From contig OX597830.1 of NCBI GenBank assembly GCA_951406725.2, positions 35,898,001 to 35,962,000 on the forward strand: a stretch of DNA of 64,000 nt. Reading direction: 5' to 3'. Both the position numbers and the translations under genes were made by a program. Position 1 is the first letter of the stretch; every line of letters begins with the position of its first letter. The notes beneath the pieces were generated by a model, which was not told the DNA's origin, did no database searches, and worked only from the letters and a program-made list of their open reading frames with translations. Source of the DNA: Octopus vulgaris (taxonomy: Eukaryota). This document shows positions 1 through 15,476 of the stretch, piece by piece.

Positions 1-92
1 TTTATTCATTTATATATATATACGTATGTAACCACGCATGTAAACCCGCACATGTGTGCGAGAATATGATTAGTGTGTGTGTGTCTGTATAG

Positions 93-135
<43 letters not shown>

Positions 136-713
136 CATACGTACATATATACGCACATAAATAGATACATACATACCATACATGCACATATGTAAGTATG
201 TATGTATGTATGTATGTATGTATGTATGTATACTGTGTATGCCATAAGGTCTGCAAACCTAACGGACGCCTCAAAAGACATTTTAAGGTTCACAAAGATC
301 ATACCACCGGGATCGACTCCGCCTTCCATCCTTTCGGGCCCGATAAAATATGTACCACTTGATCACTAGGGTCGATCTAATCGATTTATCCCCAGCCTCA
401 AAATTGCTCGCCTTCAGCCAAAATTTGAAACCAGTATTTCTTCATCAAATAACAAATTTTTAGACATTCCTTTCCAAAATTATTCCGTTTCGGCGACGTT
501 CATAATTTATCCATCGTCATTAATACTAACATCTTAAACTTTCGTTGAAACATCTAGATGCTGTACCGTTATTAACCCTTCTACTTTGCTTTATAAACCT
601 AACAGTATGGATTCCAGGCTGATCTTTAAACCAGTAAAGGCATCCAGAGCTTAATTTCTAGAAGATATCTCGTTAGTCTACATTTCAATTTCGTTTCCTA
701 TTTCCAGTTTTCT

Positions 714-931
714 AAGGCGGCGAGCTGGCAGAATCGTTAGCACGCCGGGCAAAATACTCAGCGGTATTTCGTCTGCTGTTACGTTCTGAGTTCAAATTCC
801 GCCGAGGTCGACTTTGCCTTTCATCCTTTCGGGGTCGATAAATTAAATTCCAGTTGCGTACTGGAATCGGTATAATCGACTGGGGCCCCTCCCCCAAAAT
901 TTCGGGCCATGTGCCAAGAATAGAAAAGTAA
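714..931 (+). mobile_element. Full-length tRNA-derived SINE (family A, monomer, 'tail-2' type) with 12-bp TSD
   Basis: Head GGCGGCGAGCTGGCAGAATCGTTAG (A-box-like TGGCAGAATCG), B-box GAGTTCAAATTCC, body GAGGTCGACTTTGCCTTTCATCCTTTCGGGGTCGATAAA, tail CCCTCCCCCAAAATTTCGGGCC. Flanked by direct repeat TTCCAGTTTTCT (702-713 and 932-943). More than 20 related copies in the window. Confidence 0.9.
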
Positions 932-1249
932 TTCCAGTTTTCTTTGGATTAGTTTAAGCTTAGACTTCGTTTTTATGGTTGCTTGACTTAAATTTATGCA
1001 CTAAGTTTTCTATCTCACGTGACAAAAGGCGCTAAAATCGCTAACAGAAATATTCCAAGTTCAGTAATTGCAATTCTTCTGTTTCCTGTTCCATGAAAAT
1101 ATGGCTGACGAAACAACGCTTTCTTCCTATTGTTAATAAAAATCATGCAGTCTGAATATCGTTATGTATAGTTGGTATACTGATAATGTTGTCTTGGCCT
1201 TTCTTAGCCCAACCCATATGTACTCTAATTATTGATTTCAAATGTCGGT

Positions 1250-1440
1250 ACAAGACCAGCAATTTTGGGAGAGTGGGGCTTGTCGATTACATCGAGTCCA
1301 GCACTCGATTTTTACTAATTTTACCAACCTCTAAAAGATTAAAGGCAAAGACGACCTCAGTGGGATTTGGACGCAGAACGTAGGCGAACGAAATGCGGCC
1401 AAACATTTTGCCTGGTGTGCGAACGCTTCTACCAGCTTAC
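1250..1440 (-). mobile_element. Degenerate family A SINE
   Basis: Reverse-complement matches to tail (aattttgggagagtggggcttgtcgattacatcga), body (aaaggcaaagacgacctcagtgggatttgga) and head. Similar decayed copies at about 300-432(+), 4270-4418(-), 5690-6040(+), 8760-8930(-), 9580-9790(-), 9925-10040(-), 12255-12400(-). Confidence 0.7.
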
Positions 1441-2344
1441 CGACTTATTTGCTCTGTTATTGGTAACTTTGGGGATAATCCTAATAACTTCTCTGTTTCT
1501 CATCAATTGTACAATTGTACAAGCAGTAGTAATTTATTTAGAATTCATACCAATAATTTGAAGGTTTGGAAATATAGTAAACTCTAGACTGCTACGTCAA
1601 AATTATCGAATAACACGGTATATACACTAATACCAAATCACGTATATGCAGTATATGTACGCCTACCGACGTTACAAGCAACTTAAGAAATATATTTCTA
1701 TCAGGTCACAATATTTGGCTGCGACTACATGAAGAGAAAGGATTTTGAAAGGGTAAATGTGTGACATTAATTTTATATTTCATATTTTAATATTTTATAT
1801 CTCAGTCAATCGAATAATAATGCGCAGTATCTGAACTATAAACTGCATAATATCGGAAATAGCATTATTTTAACCGGCAATAATCGGGACATTTCCGTTT
1901 ATTCCAATTTAAATGCAGCATTGAAAATATGATGGATTATAGAGAATATAGCGTTGAATTCTCTGAACTAAATGATTCTAAAATGTTTGTTGTCTGTCAT
2001 GATATATATATATAAAGTATGGCGTACAAAATTACAAAATTAAAAACTGAAGTTTTACTTCTAAATTAAAACATTGCTTTTGAAGCTGTTACAGAATATA
2101 CTGTAAGAGTATCACATGCGGCACTCGTATCAATACAATACTATGCAATCTTGATATTTCGCATCTCGCTTGCACTCGTAGAGTAGACAAAGAGATATTG
2201 AAAAGATAACCACCGCAAACAGATTTATCACATATATGTGTGTGTGTATGTGTGCCCGTGTGTGCGTGCGTGGGTATATGCGTACGTACCAGTGTTTATG
2301 TGTGCGCATTTATGTATGCATAAATGATTTTATATATCTATCTA

Positions 2345-2379
<35 letters not shown>

Positions 2380-2591
2380 GTGCATACACATATATTTATA
2401 CATGTGTTTATATGTATGTGTATGACTGCATGTATCTATGTATGTATCTATGAATACATGTATAGGATAAATACTTACATTCATACTCATATATATATAC
2501 ACGAATACGCATATATATATGCGTATGTATGTGTATATGTGTGTGTGTGCCTGCATGTGTTTATACGTGTCTATGAATGCATGAACATATG

Positions 2592-2657
<66 letters not shown>

Positions 2658-2888
2658 TATATATGTATATATATATACTCATATATATACATATATACAT
2701 ACATATATATATATATGTGCGTGTATATATGTATATATATATGTGTGTGTGCGTGTGTGTATATATATATATGTCTATATATATATTGAGAGATAGATAT
2801 AGATATAGATATATATGAAAAATACATACGTATTTATACATGTATATATATATCTATATATACATGTCCGCGTATACGCGTGTATGTG

Positions 2889-2942
<54 letters not shown>

Positions 2943-2970
2943 TGTATTACACGCACGACCGCGCTCAGAG

Positions 2971-3008
<38 letters not shown>

Positions 3009-3399
3009 GTAAATATTACCTCTGAATGAGTACACAATTTTATACATAGCCTTGCAATAAAAACGTAAAAGACAAAAGTGTAAGCCAAAATAAAATAAAA
3101 ATATAATAAAATAAAAACTAGAAAACACATTTCAAAAGGCTAAAAACACAAAGACTCTATCAGGAATTAGAATTATTCCCAAGACAATCAAAGCTTAACG
3201 AACAAATTCAATTATTCATGATTCCCTGAAATTTATTATACCTTTTAAACTTGGGAACATAAATGATATATTTTTACAACTTGAATAACAATGATGATAA
3301 CGATCACAATATTCTGTGCTATAACACCAGCGCCGCCGCCGCTGCTGCTGCTGCTGATTATGCTGCTGTTGCCGCTAATGCTGCTCCTGTTGTTATTGT

Positions 3400-3476
3400 T
3401 GTTGTTCGGTTGTTGTTGTTGATGATGATGATGATGATGTTGACGATGATGATGATGATGTTGATGATGATGACGG

Positions 3477-3513
<37 letters not shown>

Positions 3514-4082
3514 GATGATGATGATGATGATGATGATGACGGTGATGATGATGATGATGATGATGATGACGGTGATGATGATGATGATGATGATGATGTT
3601 GATGATGATGTTGATGATGATGATGATGATGATGATGATGTTGATGATGATGATGATGTTGATGATGATGATGACGGTGATGATGATGATGATGATGATA
3701 ATGATGATGATGATGATGATGACGGTGATGATGATGACGGTGATGATGATGATGATGTTGATGATGATGATGATGATGACGGTGATGATGATGATGATGA
3801 CGGAGATGATACTGGTGAAAACGACGACGACGATAACGACGATAATGGTGGTAGGAGCGATGCTGGCGATGGTTGGATGCGACGAGGATAAGGATAATAA
3901 TGATCAAAATTATTCCGACGTATTTGATGATGATGATGATGATGATGACGATGTTGTTGATGATGATAATGACTACAACGACAATGAAGATGATGTATAC
4001 GATGAACAATAGGGATGATAATGGTGACGACGACGACAACGACGATGGTTATGGTTGTGGTAGTGGAGATGATGATGATGAA

Positions 4083-4123
<41 letters not shown>

Positions 4124-4160
4124 GGAGGAGGAGGAGGAGGAGGAGGTGGAGAAGGAGGAC
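3400..4160. repeat. Long compound (GAT)n microsatellite with GAC/GGT/GTT interruptions, ending in (GAG)n
   Basis: Directly visible; explains the poly-Met/His/Ser ORFs. Confidence 0.95.
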
Positions 4161-4611
4161 AACGATATCAAGGAGAGGCAATGTAACTATAAAATTTCCA
4201 CATACAAAAACAATGTATTCTTGTTATTGATTTTAAACTGTAACACAGGGTCAACAATGTCGAGGAAATGTTCATCAGGTACTTATTTTATCGGTCTCGA
4301 ATGACTGAAAGGGACAGTCGACCTCAGCGGAATTTGAACTCCGAACGTAAATATACGGATGAAGTGTCGCTACGGATTTTGCGCGGTACGCTAACCATTC
4401 TGCCGGTTCACCGCCTTACACGTTTCCTGTTATTTCTAGCATTTTATCCACATTGCCAATTCGAGGACCCGAGATGGTGGGGTAGGATAATGTCGTTTAA
4501 TATGACAATGATAGATTGTAGGGGATTCTTCTTCTTCTTCTTCTTCTTCTTCTTCTTCTTCTTCTTCTTCTTCTTCTTCTTCTTCTTCTTCTTCTTCTTC
4601 TTCTTCTTCTT

Positions 4612-5668
<1,057 letters not shown>

Positions 5669-6489
5669 ATTACTACAATTACCGCACCGGACACAATGCA
5701 TAGCGGCATTTCGTCCGCCTTTACGTTCTGAGATTTACTTTGTCTCTATATCTGTTCGGGTTCGATGATATGAGTACCACTTGTGCATTGAAATGGATGT
5801 AATCGGTTAGCCACCCCCACCAATATTCGGGCCCTGTGTATTTTATCATCGTTGTTGCTCTTGTTGTTGTTTTTTTGTTGTTCATTTGAACGGCAGGCAA
5901 AGAGGCTTGCAGTAATTGTTCCTGGATTTTTCCGTCGTTGGTAAAATACCGAAGACATCAACTCCGCCATTGCTTTTTTCGTGGTCGATAAAATGAAGTA
6001 TCAGTCAAGTAATGAAATTTAGGGCATCGACTAACGCCCTAACTTCAATCCCACTGATCCTATCGTTACTCTTGTTGATGAGGTGGCTGTTAAAATTAAT
6101 GTTCGTGATGATGATGATGATGAGGAGGAGGAGGAGGGGGAGTAGAAGGAGGAGGTGGATTGGGGTGATGGAATGTTTGTGGTGAAGGTACTGCTATTGC
6201 TGGTTAATATTGGCGACAGTGAAGTTTGTGTTGGATGGTGAAAAGTTTTGCCGTGACTTTGGCGATGGTGCTCATGCTGGTGGTGGTGATGGTGGCGGTG
6301 GTGGTGGTGGTGGTGGTGGTGGTGGTGATGGTGATTGTGGTGGTTATGGTAATTATCATCAATGTGTTCTCATTTTTGTCTGTCGTTTAATTTCTAACGT
6401 CAATTATTCTTTTACCATCAATTTCTTATCATCATGTTTCCCCACCACACATTCCTTTTCTGTAGTCATCTTCCTCAATCTATCCAACC

Positions 6490-6528
<39 letters not shown>

Positions 6529-7234
6529 GCGCGACCTCTATCTCTCTAATTTTCTCCTCTCAAATCCCCAAATCTCCCTTCTTTTCTCTCCTTTTCTGTG
6601 TCACATTATCGCTCCATTACCATTAGTTTCAAACTCACAGTTCATAACTCTTAAACTACCCTTCTATAATTTTTTCATCTTTCATCAAATTAAAAGCCAA
6701 CAATGTTTCACGCTGTTACCCCCACTTCCCCCTCTCTTTCTTGCTCCCCCGCTCTCTCCATCTCTCTTTCGCTCCCTCTCTTCCATTGCCTCATTCTCTC
6801 TCTTTCCCATATTATTATTACACTGTTCCTCGCCCCATGTTTTCCCCTTCAACAACACTTTCAACTCATCAATTCTTCTCTCTCCAATATACACCGGTCC
6901 CTAGGGTAACATATTTCTATTTCTTAAACATCGCCATTGAAATAAGGAATCCAACCCCGCCCCGTACCGCTCATAACATCTTATTAAAAACGATTATTTT
7001 TCGTGGTCTGTATATTTTATTAAAATTATTCCACTATTTATTTTATTTTACATTAGGTTTACATTTATTGCAACAATTTAAGTATATATTCATGCATAAA
7101 TGTTTATTTATTTATATAAGTTTAGGCGTGTTTGTAAGTATGCATGTTTTATATGTGTATGCGTATGAACTTTAGTGTACCGAGAGACACAGGGACAGAA
7201 ACAGAGGCAGAGAGACAGATACGAAGGAAGACAC

Positions 7235-7419
<185 letters not shown>

Positions 7420-7464
7420 GAGAGATATATATATATATATATATATATAGATAGATAGATAGAG

Positions 7465-7527
<63 letters not shown>

Positions 7528-7887
7528 AAAATAGAAAGACGGATAGACAGACAGATAGATAGTTATGTGTATGTACATGACACATGTTAATATTCATCCT
7601 ATGCCATATTTTTAGATATTTGTGTATTATATACTTTACATGTTTATGCCTATGTATTTAATAATCATAGCCATATATATTCGTATTTATAACGAAAATT
7701 TGGTCTTTGTGCGAAGCAAGTCACAGCGAGCCTTCTGCAAATTGTACATCAGAAAAGAAATATTCTTGGTATAACTACGAACTATTTCTCCGTATATATG
7801 TGTGTGTATATATATATGTAGTCACACATACGTCTTGTTTCGGTTGTCAAGGTCCTTTCTGTTTGATTTACTTGAATTGTGTTTCGT

Positions 7888-8517
7888 AAAACGTCATGGT
7901 ACCATCTGATGTTTTTGATTGCTCTCAGGTTTCTGCCGTCGAAACTGTCTAACCACTTTGCCAGCGTCTTCGAGGTGCACCACGCTCCAGGAGAACTAGA
8001 AGGGCTGATGCGCCGTAGATGCAGAGCTTGATCTTCTGAAAGATAGGGAAGTGACGCCAAAGGGGGTTCCATAATGAGAACATGATGATACCAACACGTT
8101 TCCAACAAAGGACTGCATGCGCGCAGCCATCTACCTACAGTCTCCCACTTCGTAACTATCTGTTGCATGTGCTGGTACGGACACGTCCTTTTGCATGCGC
8201 TGGTACGGACATGTCCCCTTGAATGCGCTGGTATGGACATGTCTTCCTTCTGCCACTAAAGCCAAAGCTTTACTCTCATTCGACGCAGTAGCCGCGCGCG
8301 AGAAGAGGCTTCGTAGCAGGCCCAGCACCAGATGGCTGGACGCGAATGAAGATCTCCAAAGACTCGATGTCCCCTTGGAGGATACAGAGGGGTTGGCACA
8401 GGACCACCAACAATGGAGAGCACTAGTTGACTTGGTGGACTCTACGCATGACTATGTCTCTGGGACCACTAATCTGAGATGAGCCCCGCCACATCAAAAA
8501 AGAGTATGAAGCAAGTA
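7888..8517 (+). mobile_element. RTE-like LINE 3' fragment with inverted 5' segment and candidate 8-bp TSD
   Basis: Plus 8195-8482: RWYGHV..KRLRSRPSTRWLD..EDLQRL..LAQDHQQWRALV. Minus ~7888-8120: PLWRH..KIKLCIYGASALLVLL / WCTSKTLAKWLDSFDGRNLRAIKNIRWYHDV. TGTTTCGT at 7880-7887 and 8518-8525. Confidence 0.8.
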
Positions 8518-8945
8518 TGTTTCGTGGGAACAAAGTGCTTGAGTATACCGTACAGTTTTCAACCTCATGTTATTGGCTGTGAAGACTAATAATACTACTA
8601 CTAAATGGCTGATATCTAGTAATTTCTGTCCCTTATCTTATTCTTCGCAATAGAATGAATGACTGTCAAAATTGAGTCTGGTGGGATTTCAACTCAGACC
8701 TGAAGTATTGTTACTAATTACGAAAATGAATTCACCTGATAGTCCAAAGATTCTAATTTATGCATAAGGGTAGCAAAGAAGCGAAGTTAGTCGATATTAC
8801 TGAATCCAGTACCTGGTCGATACTTTTATTTTCGACACAGAAACAATGAAAAGCCAAGCTGACCTCGGCAGGATTTCAACTAAGAGCGTAAAAAGTCAAA
8901 AATGAATACCACCACCATTTTGTCCTGAATCATATTGCCAATTTC

Positions 8946-9016
<71 letters not shown>

Positions 9017-9122
9017 TGAACGAAACTGAAGTAGATTGGCACGTATATTTTTTGGTTTAGTGGAAGAAACACGAGATGTCGAACTATCGCTCTCTTGATG
9101 GTTATGGCAGCCTTCATTTTTT

Positions 9123-9192
<70 letters not shown>

Positions 9193-9193
<1 letters not shown>

Positions 9194-9497
9194 ATGCGAA
9201 AAGGAAGAAAGAAAAGTCGAGAAAAGTGACAGGTTAGCTGGGGAGTTTAGGCAGTTGTGTTCGATGAAAAAAGTAGAATAATTGTCGGGGTCCTGGGAGC
9301 AGTGAGTAAAATCCTTGAGAAGTACATGGAACAACTAGTGGTTGCAATAAGGGTGGAGCACTTGCAGAAAACAGCACTGCTTGGAACCGCTCGAATACTC
9401 CGGAAGATGCTCGAAAAATAAGGGGTATTACCTTAGTACACTGGTAGGGAATAGTACACCGTAGTACATCTCCAGCGTAAGAAGCTGTTCAAAGACA
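9193..9497 (+). mobile_element. RLE LINE (R4/Dong-like) 3' end, third family, between (AAT)n tracts
   Basis: GVLGAVSKILEKYMEQLVVAIRVEHLQKTALLGTARILRKMLEK* followed by a short 3' UTR and (AAT)n. Identical block repeated at 10481-10637. Confidence 0.8.
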
Positions 9498-9500
9498 ATA

Positions 9501-9579
<79 letters not shown>

Positions 9580-9794
9580 GTTTCAAATTCTGCCACAGGG
9601 GCAGCAATTTGTAGGGGATGGGATAAGTCGATTACATCAACCTCAGCACCCAAATGGTACTTATCTTATCGACCCAGAAAGGATAGAAAGTAAAGTCGAC
9701 TTCGGAGGAATTTGAACTCAGGAGGCAAAGAATAGCAACAAAATACCGCAAAGCATTTTGTACACTGATTTAATGCTTCTACCAGTTGTGTAAC

Positions 9795-9912
<118 letters not shown>

Positions 9913-10116
9913 TAATAATGATAATCCTTTCTACTATATGCGAAACGCCTGAAATTTTTGCGGGGAGGGGGGCAGTCAATCCGACAGACCACAGTACGCA
10001 ACTGGTACTAAACTTATTAACCTCGAAAGTCGACTTTGGCAGGATTTCAACTAAGAGCGTAAAAAGTCAAAAATGAATACCACCACCATTTTGTCCTGAA
10101 TCATATTGCCAATTTC

Positions 10117-10209
<93 letters not shown>

Positions 10210-10335
10210 CAACAACACGAATGAAATAGGTGTGACATTTGGGGAAATTATATATCAGTGTCTTGCGCGATGAAGGGAAAATTACGAGATGTCGAACTAT
10301 CGCTCTCTTGATGGTTATGGCAGCCTTCATTTTTT

Positions 10336-10391
<56 letters not shown>

Positions 10392-10666
10392 AGGGTGAAA
10401 AGGAAGCAAGAGATGAAGGATGAGGAGGCGAGGGAGGCGGAGGGGAGGAGGAAGAGGAGGGCAGTGAAAGTATTGTTGGAGGTCCTGGGAGCAGTGAGTA
10501 AAATCCTTGAGAAGTACATGGAACAACTAGTGGTTGCAATAAGGGTGGAGCACTTGCAGAAAACAGCACTGCTTGGAACCGCTCGAATACTCCGGAAGAT
10601 GCTCGAAAAATAAGGGGTATTACCTTAGTACACTGGTGAGGGCCTGGTTACAGTGATTGATGATGT

Positions 10667-10699
<33 letters not shown>

Positions 10700-11443
10700 C
10701 GATGATGATGATGATGATAATGACGGTTGTGGTAATGGTAATGATAATGCTGATGATGATGACGATGATGATGATGATGATAGTTATAATCTTGGTGGTG
10801 GCTGTTGCGATATTTTCAGGGGTGTCAAGACTCTTGATGGCAGTGGTAGTGATGCTGTTGGATATGATGGTGATGGTGATGGTGATAGATGCCGCGGGGT
10901 GGCAGTGGTGGTGGTGTTCGGGGGCTGACAGCAGAGGGGCAGGAGAGTTGTTACGGTGCTGGTGGTGGTGGTGGTTGTAGTGTCAGAAGACAAAAGAATT
11001 AACTACTACAAGCTACACTCGCCGTGCCCAGCCGCTACCCCCCAACCCTCTAAAAACCAAACCCCCAACAACAAAAACATAAAAATAAAAGAAGGAAAAC
11101 TACATTGCATAAAAACAAGAAAAAAAAACACACAGATATCAGAATTCTTCATTTTCTGATAAGAACAGATTGGAATATAATTCCAAAAGACCAAACATCG
11201 AAAATTCCCCAAACGCGAAAACCTGCTTCCAACAAATGACATCCAAAGAAAATACTTTGCGAAGACTTATTACCAAGAAATCGGACTTCTAATCTCTTGG
11301 AAAGAAACCAATATATCATTTATTGTTCTTTCTTTCATTCTTTCAGTCCTTCTTTCCTTCTTTTTTCCGTTTTTCATTCTATCTTTCTGCCTATTTTTTC
11401 TGTTTTTTTTCTTCTTTGTTCTATCGCGTATTTTTACATCTTT

Positions 11444-11527
<84 letters not shown>

Positions 11528-11600
11528 CATGTATATATTATATATATTTATATTATATATATTTATACAGCTCATGAGCCGAAACTGGAAAAATCAAAAA

Positions 11601-11704
<104 letters not shown>

Positions 11705-12093
11705 TATATTATATATATATATTGATATATATATCTATATATATATATTCATATATATATATTGATATATATATCTATATATATACTCACACACACATTT
11801 ATATATATATATATATAATTCATACCTATTGATATATATTGATATGTGTGTGTGTGTTAATATTGATATTTATTTACATATTTTATATTTTTCCTTCTTT
11901 TCTTGTTTAGTCAGTTTATTTAGAGGTGACTTGTTGTTGCAATTGTTATTAAAGGGCATTTTCTTTAGCAAAAACAATTTTTTTTAATTCTCGTTTCACT
12001 TTTCACTTGGTCCTTTAACCAATTCGAATCAGTTGAAAATCCGGTTTTAATCTGGGTTACGATAGATATTGAAACTTGATTTCAACAGCGATA

Positions 12094-12134
<41 letters not shown>

Positions 12135-13344
12135 CTCTTCTTCTCTTCTTCTTGTTCCTTTTCGAGCCACGCCTGTCTCATAGGTATGCTCTAACCACTA
12201 GGCCATGTGACTACTACTACTACTACTACTACTACTACCAAAATTAATATTCGTTTCTGCTATAATCAGAAGGCCTGTATTGAGGGAGAGAGCTGATCGA
12301 TTACATCGAACCTGATGCTTGAATGGTACTCATTTGAGCGATCGCAAATGTCGACCTCGGCAGAACTTGAACTCTGAACATAAAGACGGCCAAAACGCCG
12401 ATATGCAAACACGGATCTTCCACCTCCTAGTTCTCGCAATGCTCCTCGACACCTCGTGTTTCTACGTACAAAAATGGAAAGGGAAGCCTTGCTTTGGGGA
12501 TTGGATGCATGATACTAAACGGTTACGATAAGCGACCATTCATTCTGACCACTGATAAATGTCACTGTATATTGCAGCGATCCAGCTTCTAAATGCGAAC
12601 CGCTTTCAGAACAAACGACAAGTACGGTTGGTCGACCCCTTTAAACGCTTTCAACTAATCTAAACTCACCAAACCCCCAGTCCATATCGGGTTCATTACT
12701 TCCCCTTTCCTTGATGTATCGCGTGAAGTGGAGGCTTTCGTGGATAGATCTGTTTACTATGTTTTATGTCTTTGCACCACCTACCATAGTATCAAATTAA
12801 TCGCCAACCTCCTTACCCAGGCCTTGGCCAAACATCTTCCACGCTGAATTTAGCAGAGTTATGGACCTGAAGTATTTAAAATCATTCTCCCTTATACGGG
12901 TTCATCCTCATTACCAACATAACGCTACTTCTCGTAAGGCAGACCATCCACCCAGACCCAGTGAATTCTCTATCGTACACTCCATCATCGTGTCTCATAT
13001 TTCGTTAGATGTTATCTTCTTATTACTGAGCTCCGCTCCAGGCTATTGGGTAAGCCACTGCAGGCCATTGGGTAGTGTCAATGGAGCGAAGTGTCAATGA
13101 AAAGCTGCACACATGTCCTTGGAAATGAGTAGCACGTGCTAATCAAGTCAAAGACCGAATTGTAGTTTTGTTGCCGCTCTTTGATTCTGTCGTCCGGTCG
13201 ATCGAGCGCCTTTTGTTCCCACGTACCTCGGAGCACGTCCCCTAGCTCTGACAATGCAATATTTGTGCTTAGCGTTGAAGAACCGGTGAAGGGCCAATAT
13301 CTCCTCCAACACGTCAGAAATGATAACTTACTATAATAATACTC

Positions 13345-13520
13345 TTCATTATTTACATTATTTATATTTGACGGATATTGTTGGTAACACAACGTTTCGG
13401 TTGATATACCTTCCAGCCTTCATCAGGTGTCTTGGGGAAATTTCGAACCTGGGTTCTCATTCCTAAGGTATTTGTTTTTCGATGTTATTATTATTATTAT
13501 TATTTTTATTATTATTATTA

Positions 13521-13585
<65 letters not shown>

Positions 13586-13745
13586 ATCATTATTATTATT
13601 GGGTCACTGCCTGGAATTGAACTCGTAATCTTGGGATTAGTAGCACCCGTTCTTCACAACAAACAAGATGAGGACAAATATCAGTCAAATGTAAATAATG
13701 TAAATAATGTACAAAATTCCTCATCTTTTAAATATAGGACTGTAT
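13345..13745 (-). mobile_element. Non-autonomous Penelope-like/retrozyme-like element: tRNA-like B-box head, (AAT)n, hammerhead, preceded by an inverted copy of its 3' end
   Basis: Minus strand reads GGGTGCTACTAATCCCAAGATTACGAGTTCAATTCCAGGCAGTGACCC-(AAT)n-...CCCCAAGACAC CTGATGA...GAAACGTT GTGTT...TCCGTCAAATATAAATAATGTAAATAATG. 13658-13745 carries the same 3' segment in opposite orientation. Related copies at 13915-13983 and 55864-56056. Confidence 0.65.
13386..13431 (-). ncRNA. Minimal type I hammerhead ribozyme (Penelope-like-element type)
   Basis: 5'-GACAC CUGAUGA a GGCUG gaagguauau CAACC GAAA CG U U GUGUU-3'. Stem I GACAC/GUGUU, intact CUGAUGA and GAAA boxes, stem II GGCUG/CAACC (CAGCC in the copy at ~13970), palindromic ACGU stem III, GUU cleavage triplet. 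Confidence 0.75.
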
Positions 13746-14056
13746 TGAAAATACTCTTGTATCTTTCTCCGTCACAACATATGAATGACAAAGGAAGGGT
13801 TTGATATATGAATAAGGAAGGAAGGAAGGCAGAAATGAAGGAAGAAACGAACGAACTAACTAACGAACGAACGAAGGGATGATGGCAAACTGGTACTATG
13901 ATGGAATACGCTTCTATTATATTTACATTATTTATATTTGACGGATATATGTGTGGTAACACAACGTTTCGGCTGATATACCTTGTGTGTGTGTACAATA
14001 GGAGTGGGATGGTGAACATTCAACGCTGAAAAGAAAAATCGAACAGTGTTTCGATA

Positions 14057-14181
<125 letters not shown>

Positions 14182-15231
14182 ATCATTATTTTTGACAGCA
14201 CGGGTACAGCTAGTAGCAATAATAACCCTATGTCCTATAGACACAAGACCTGACATTTCGGTGCAAAGTGCCAGTCGATTACATCAACTCCAGTGCACAA
14301 CTTGAAAGAATGAATAGCAAAATTCCTCATCTTTTAAATATAGGACTGTATTGAAAATACTCTTGTATCTTTCTCCGTCACAACATATGAATGACAAAGG
14401 AAGGGTTTGATAATAATGAATAAGGAAGGAAGGATAATAATAATAATGATAATAATAATAATAACAATAATAATAATAATGATAATGATCATAACAACAA
14501 CAACAACAACAACAATAATAATAATAATAATAGTTTCAACTCTGCGTGAGTATATGTGTGCGTATATAAATGTGAGTTGTGTGAATGCTTGTGTGTGTGT
14601 ACAATAGGAGTGGGATGTGTTTTGTATGTGTTGTGTATTGTGTGTATGTGTGTGTTTGTGTGTGTGTGTGTACAAGGGAAATATGCGAATGTTTGTATGT
14701 GTGATTATGTGCGTGTGTGCGTGCTTGAGTGTGTGCTTGTGTGTATATGCGTGTTTGTGTGCGTGTGTACATGTGTGTGTGTGTTTGCGTGCGTGTGCAT
14801 GCGTGTGTATGTTTATGTGTTTGTGTGTGTGTGCTTGTGTATGTGTTTGTGCGTGCGTGTGTGTGTGTGTGTGTGTGTATGAGAGAGAGCGTGTGTGTGC
14901 GTGTGTGTGTCTGTAAAACACTAAAAGAACTACTTTCAGAACGTACATTTCGTCCGTTTTGTTGCCTGACTGTGAAACATGGACGCCATATAAATAACAT
15001 GGTTACTAGTTAGATCTTAGTAAATGTATCTTCCATATGTTTTGGAAAGATTATTGTAAGTTATGTTGACGTTTGAAAATAGCAAGTCTAAGCATAGAGG
15101 TGGGTAGCCTGTGCATTTGATATGAAAGCTAGATGAATTCCATGCTCCTACAGAATGGGAAATTTGGTTATGTGTAAAGAACTTTCAAGAAGTTGAAGTT
15201 AAGACAAAAGCACAGCTTTAAAATCGATTCT

Positions 15232-15427
15232 TTTATTTGTTTCAGTCATTTGACTGCGGCTATGCTGGAGCACCGCCTTTAGTCGAGCAAATGGACCCCA
15301 GAGCTTATTCTTTGTAAGCCAAGTACTTATTCTATCAGTTTCTCTTGCCGAACCGCTAGGTGACGAGGACGTAAACACACCAGCATCGGTTGTCAAGTGA
15401 TGTTGGGGAGACAAACACAGACACACA

Positions 15428-15476
<49 letters not shown>

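Noticed and set aside
714-810. Possible tRNA genes at SINE heads
   Set aside because: A/B boxes are present but there is no complete cloverleaf; each continues into a SINE body and tail.
2236-4304. Long ORFs (up to 264 aa) rich in His, Met, Ser, Tyr-Ile or Cys-Val, and similar ORFs across the window
   Set aside because: They are translations of (GAT)n, (TA)n, (CA)n, (TAGA)n, (AAT)n and (CTT)n microsatellites, with no domain content.
12550-13330. GC-richer unique-looking stretch, possible old RT fragment or exon
   Set aside because: Multiple stops and no clear motif or splice-bounded ORF.
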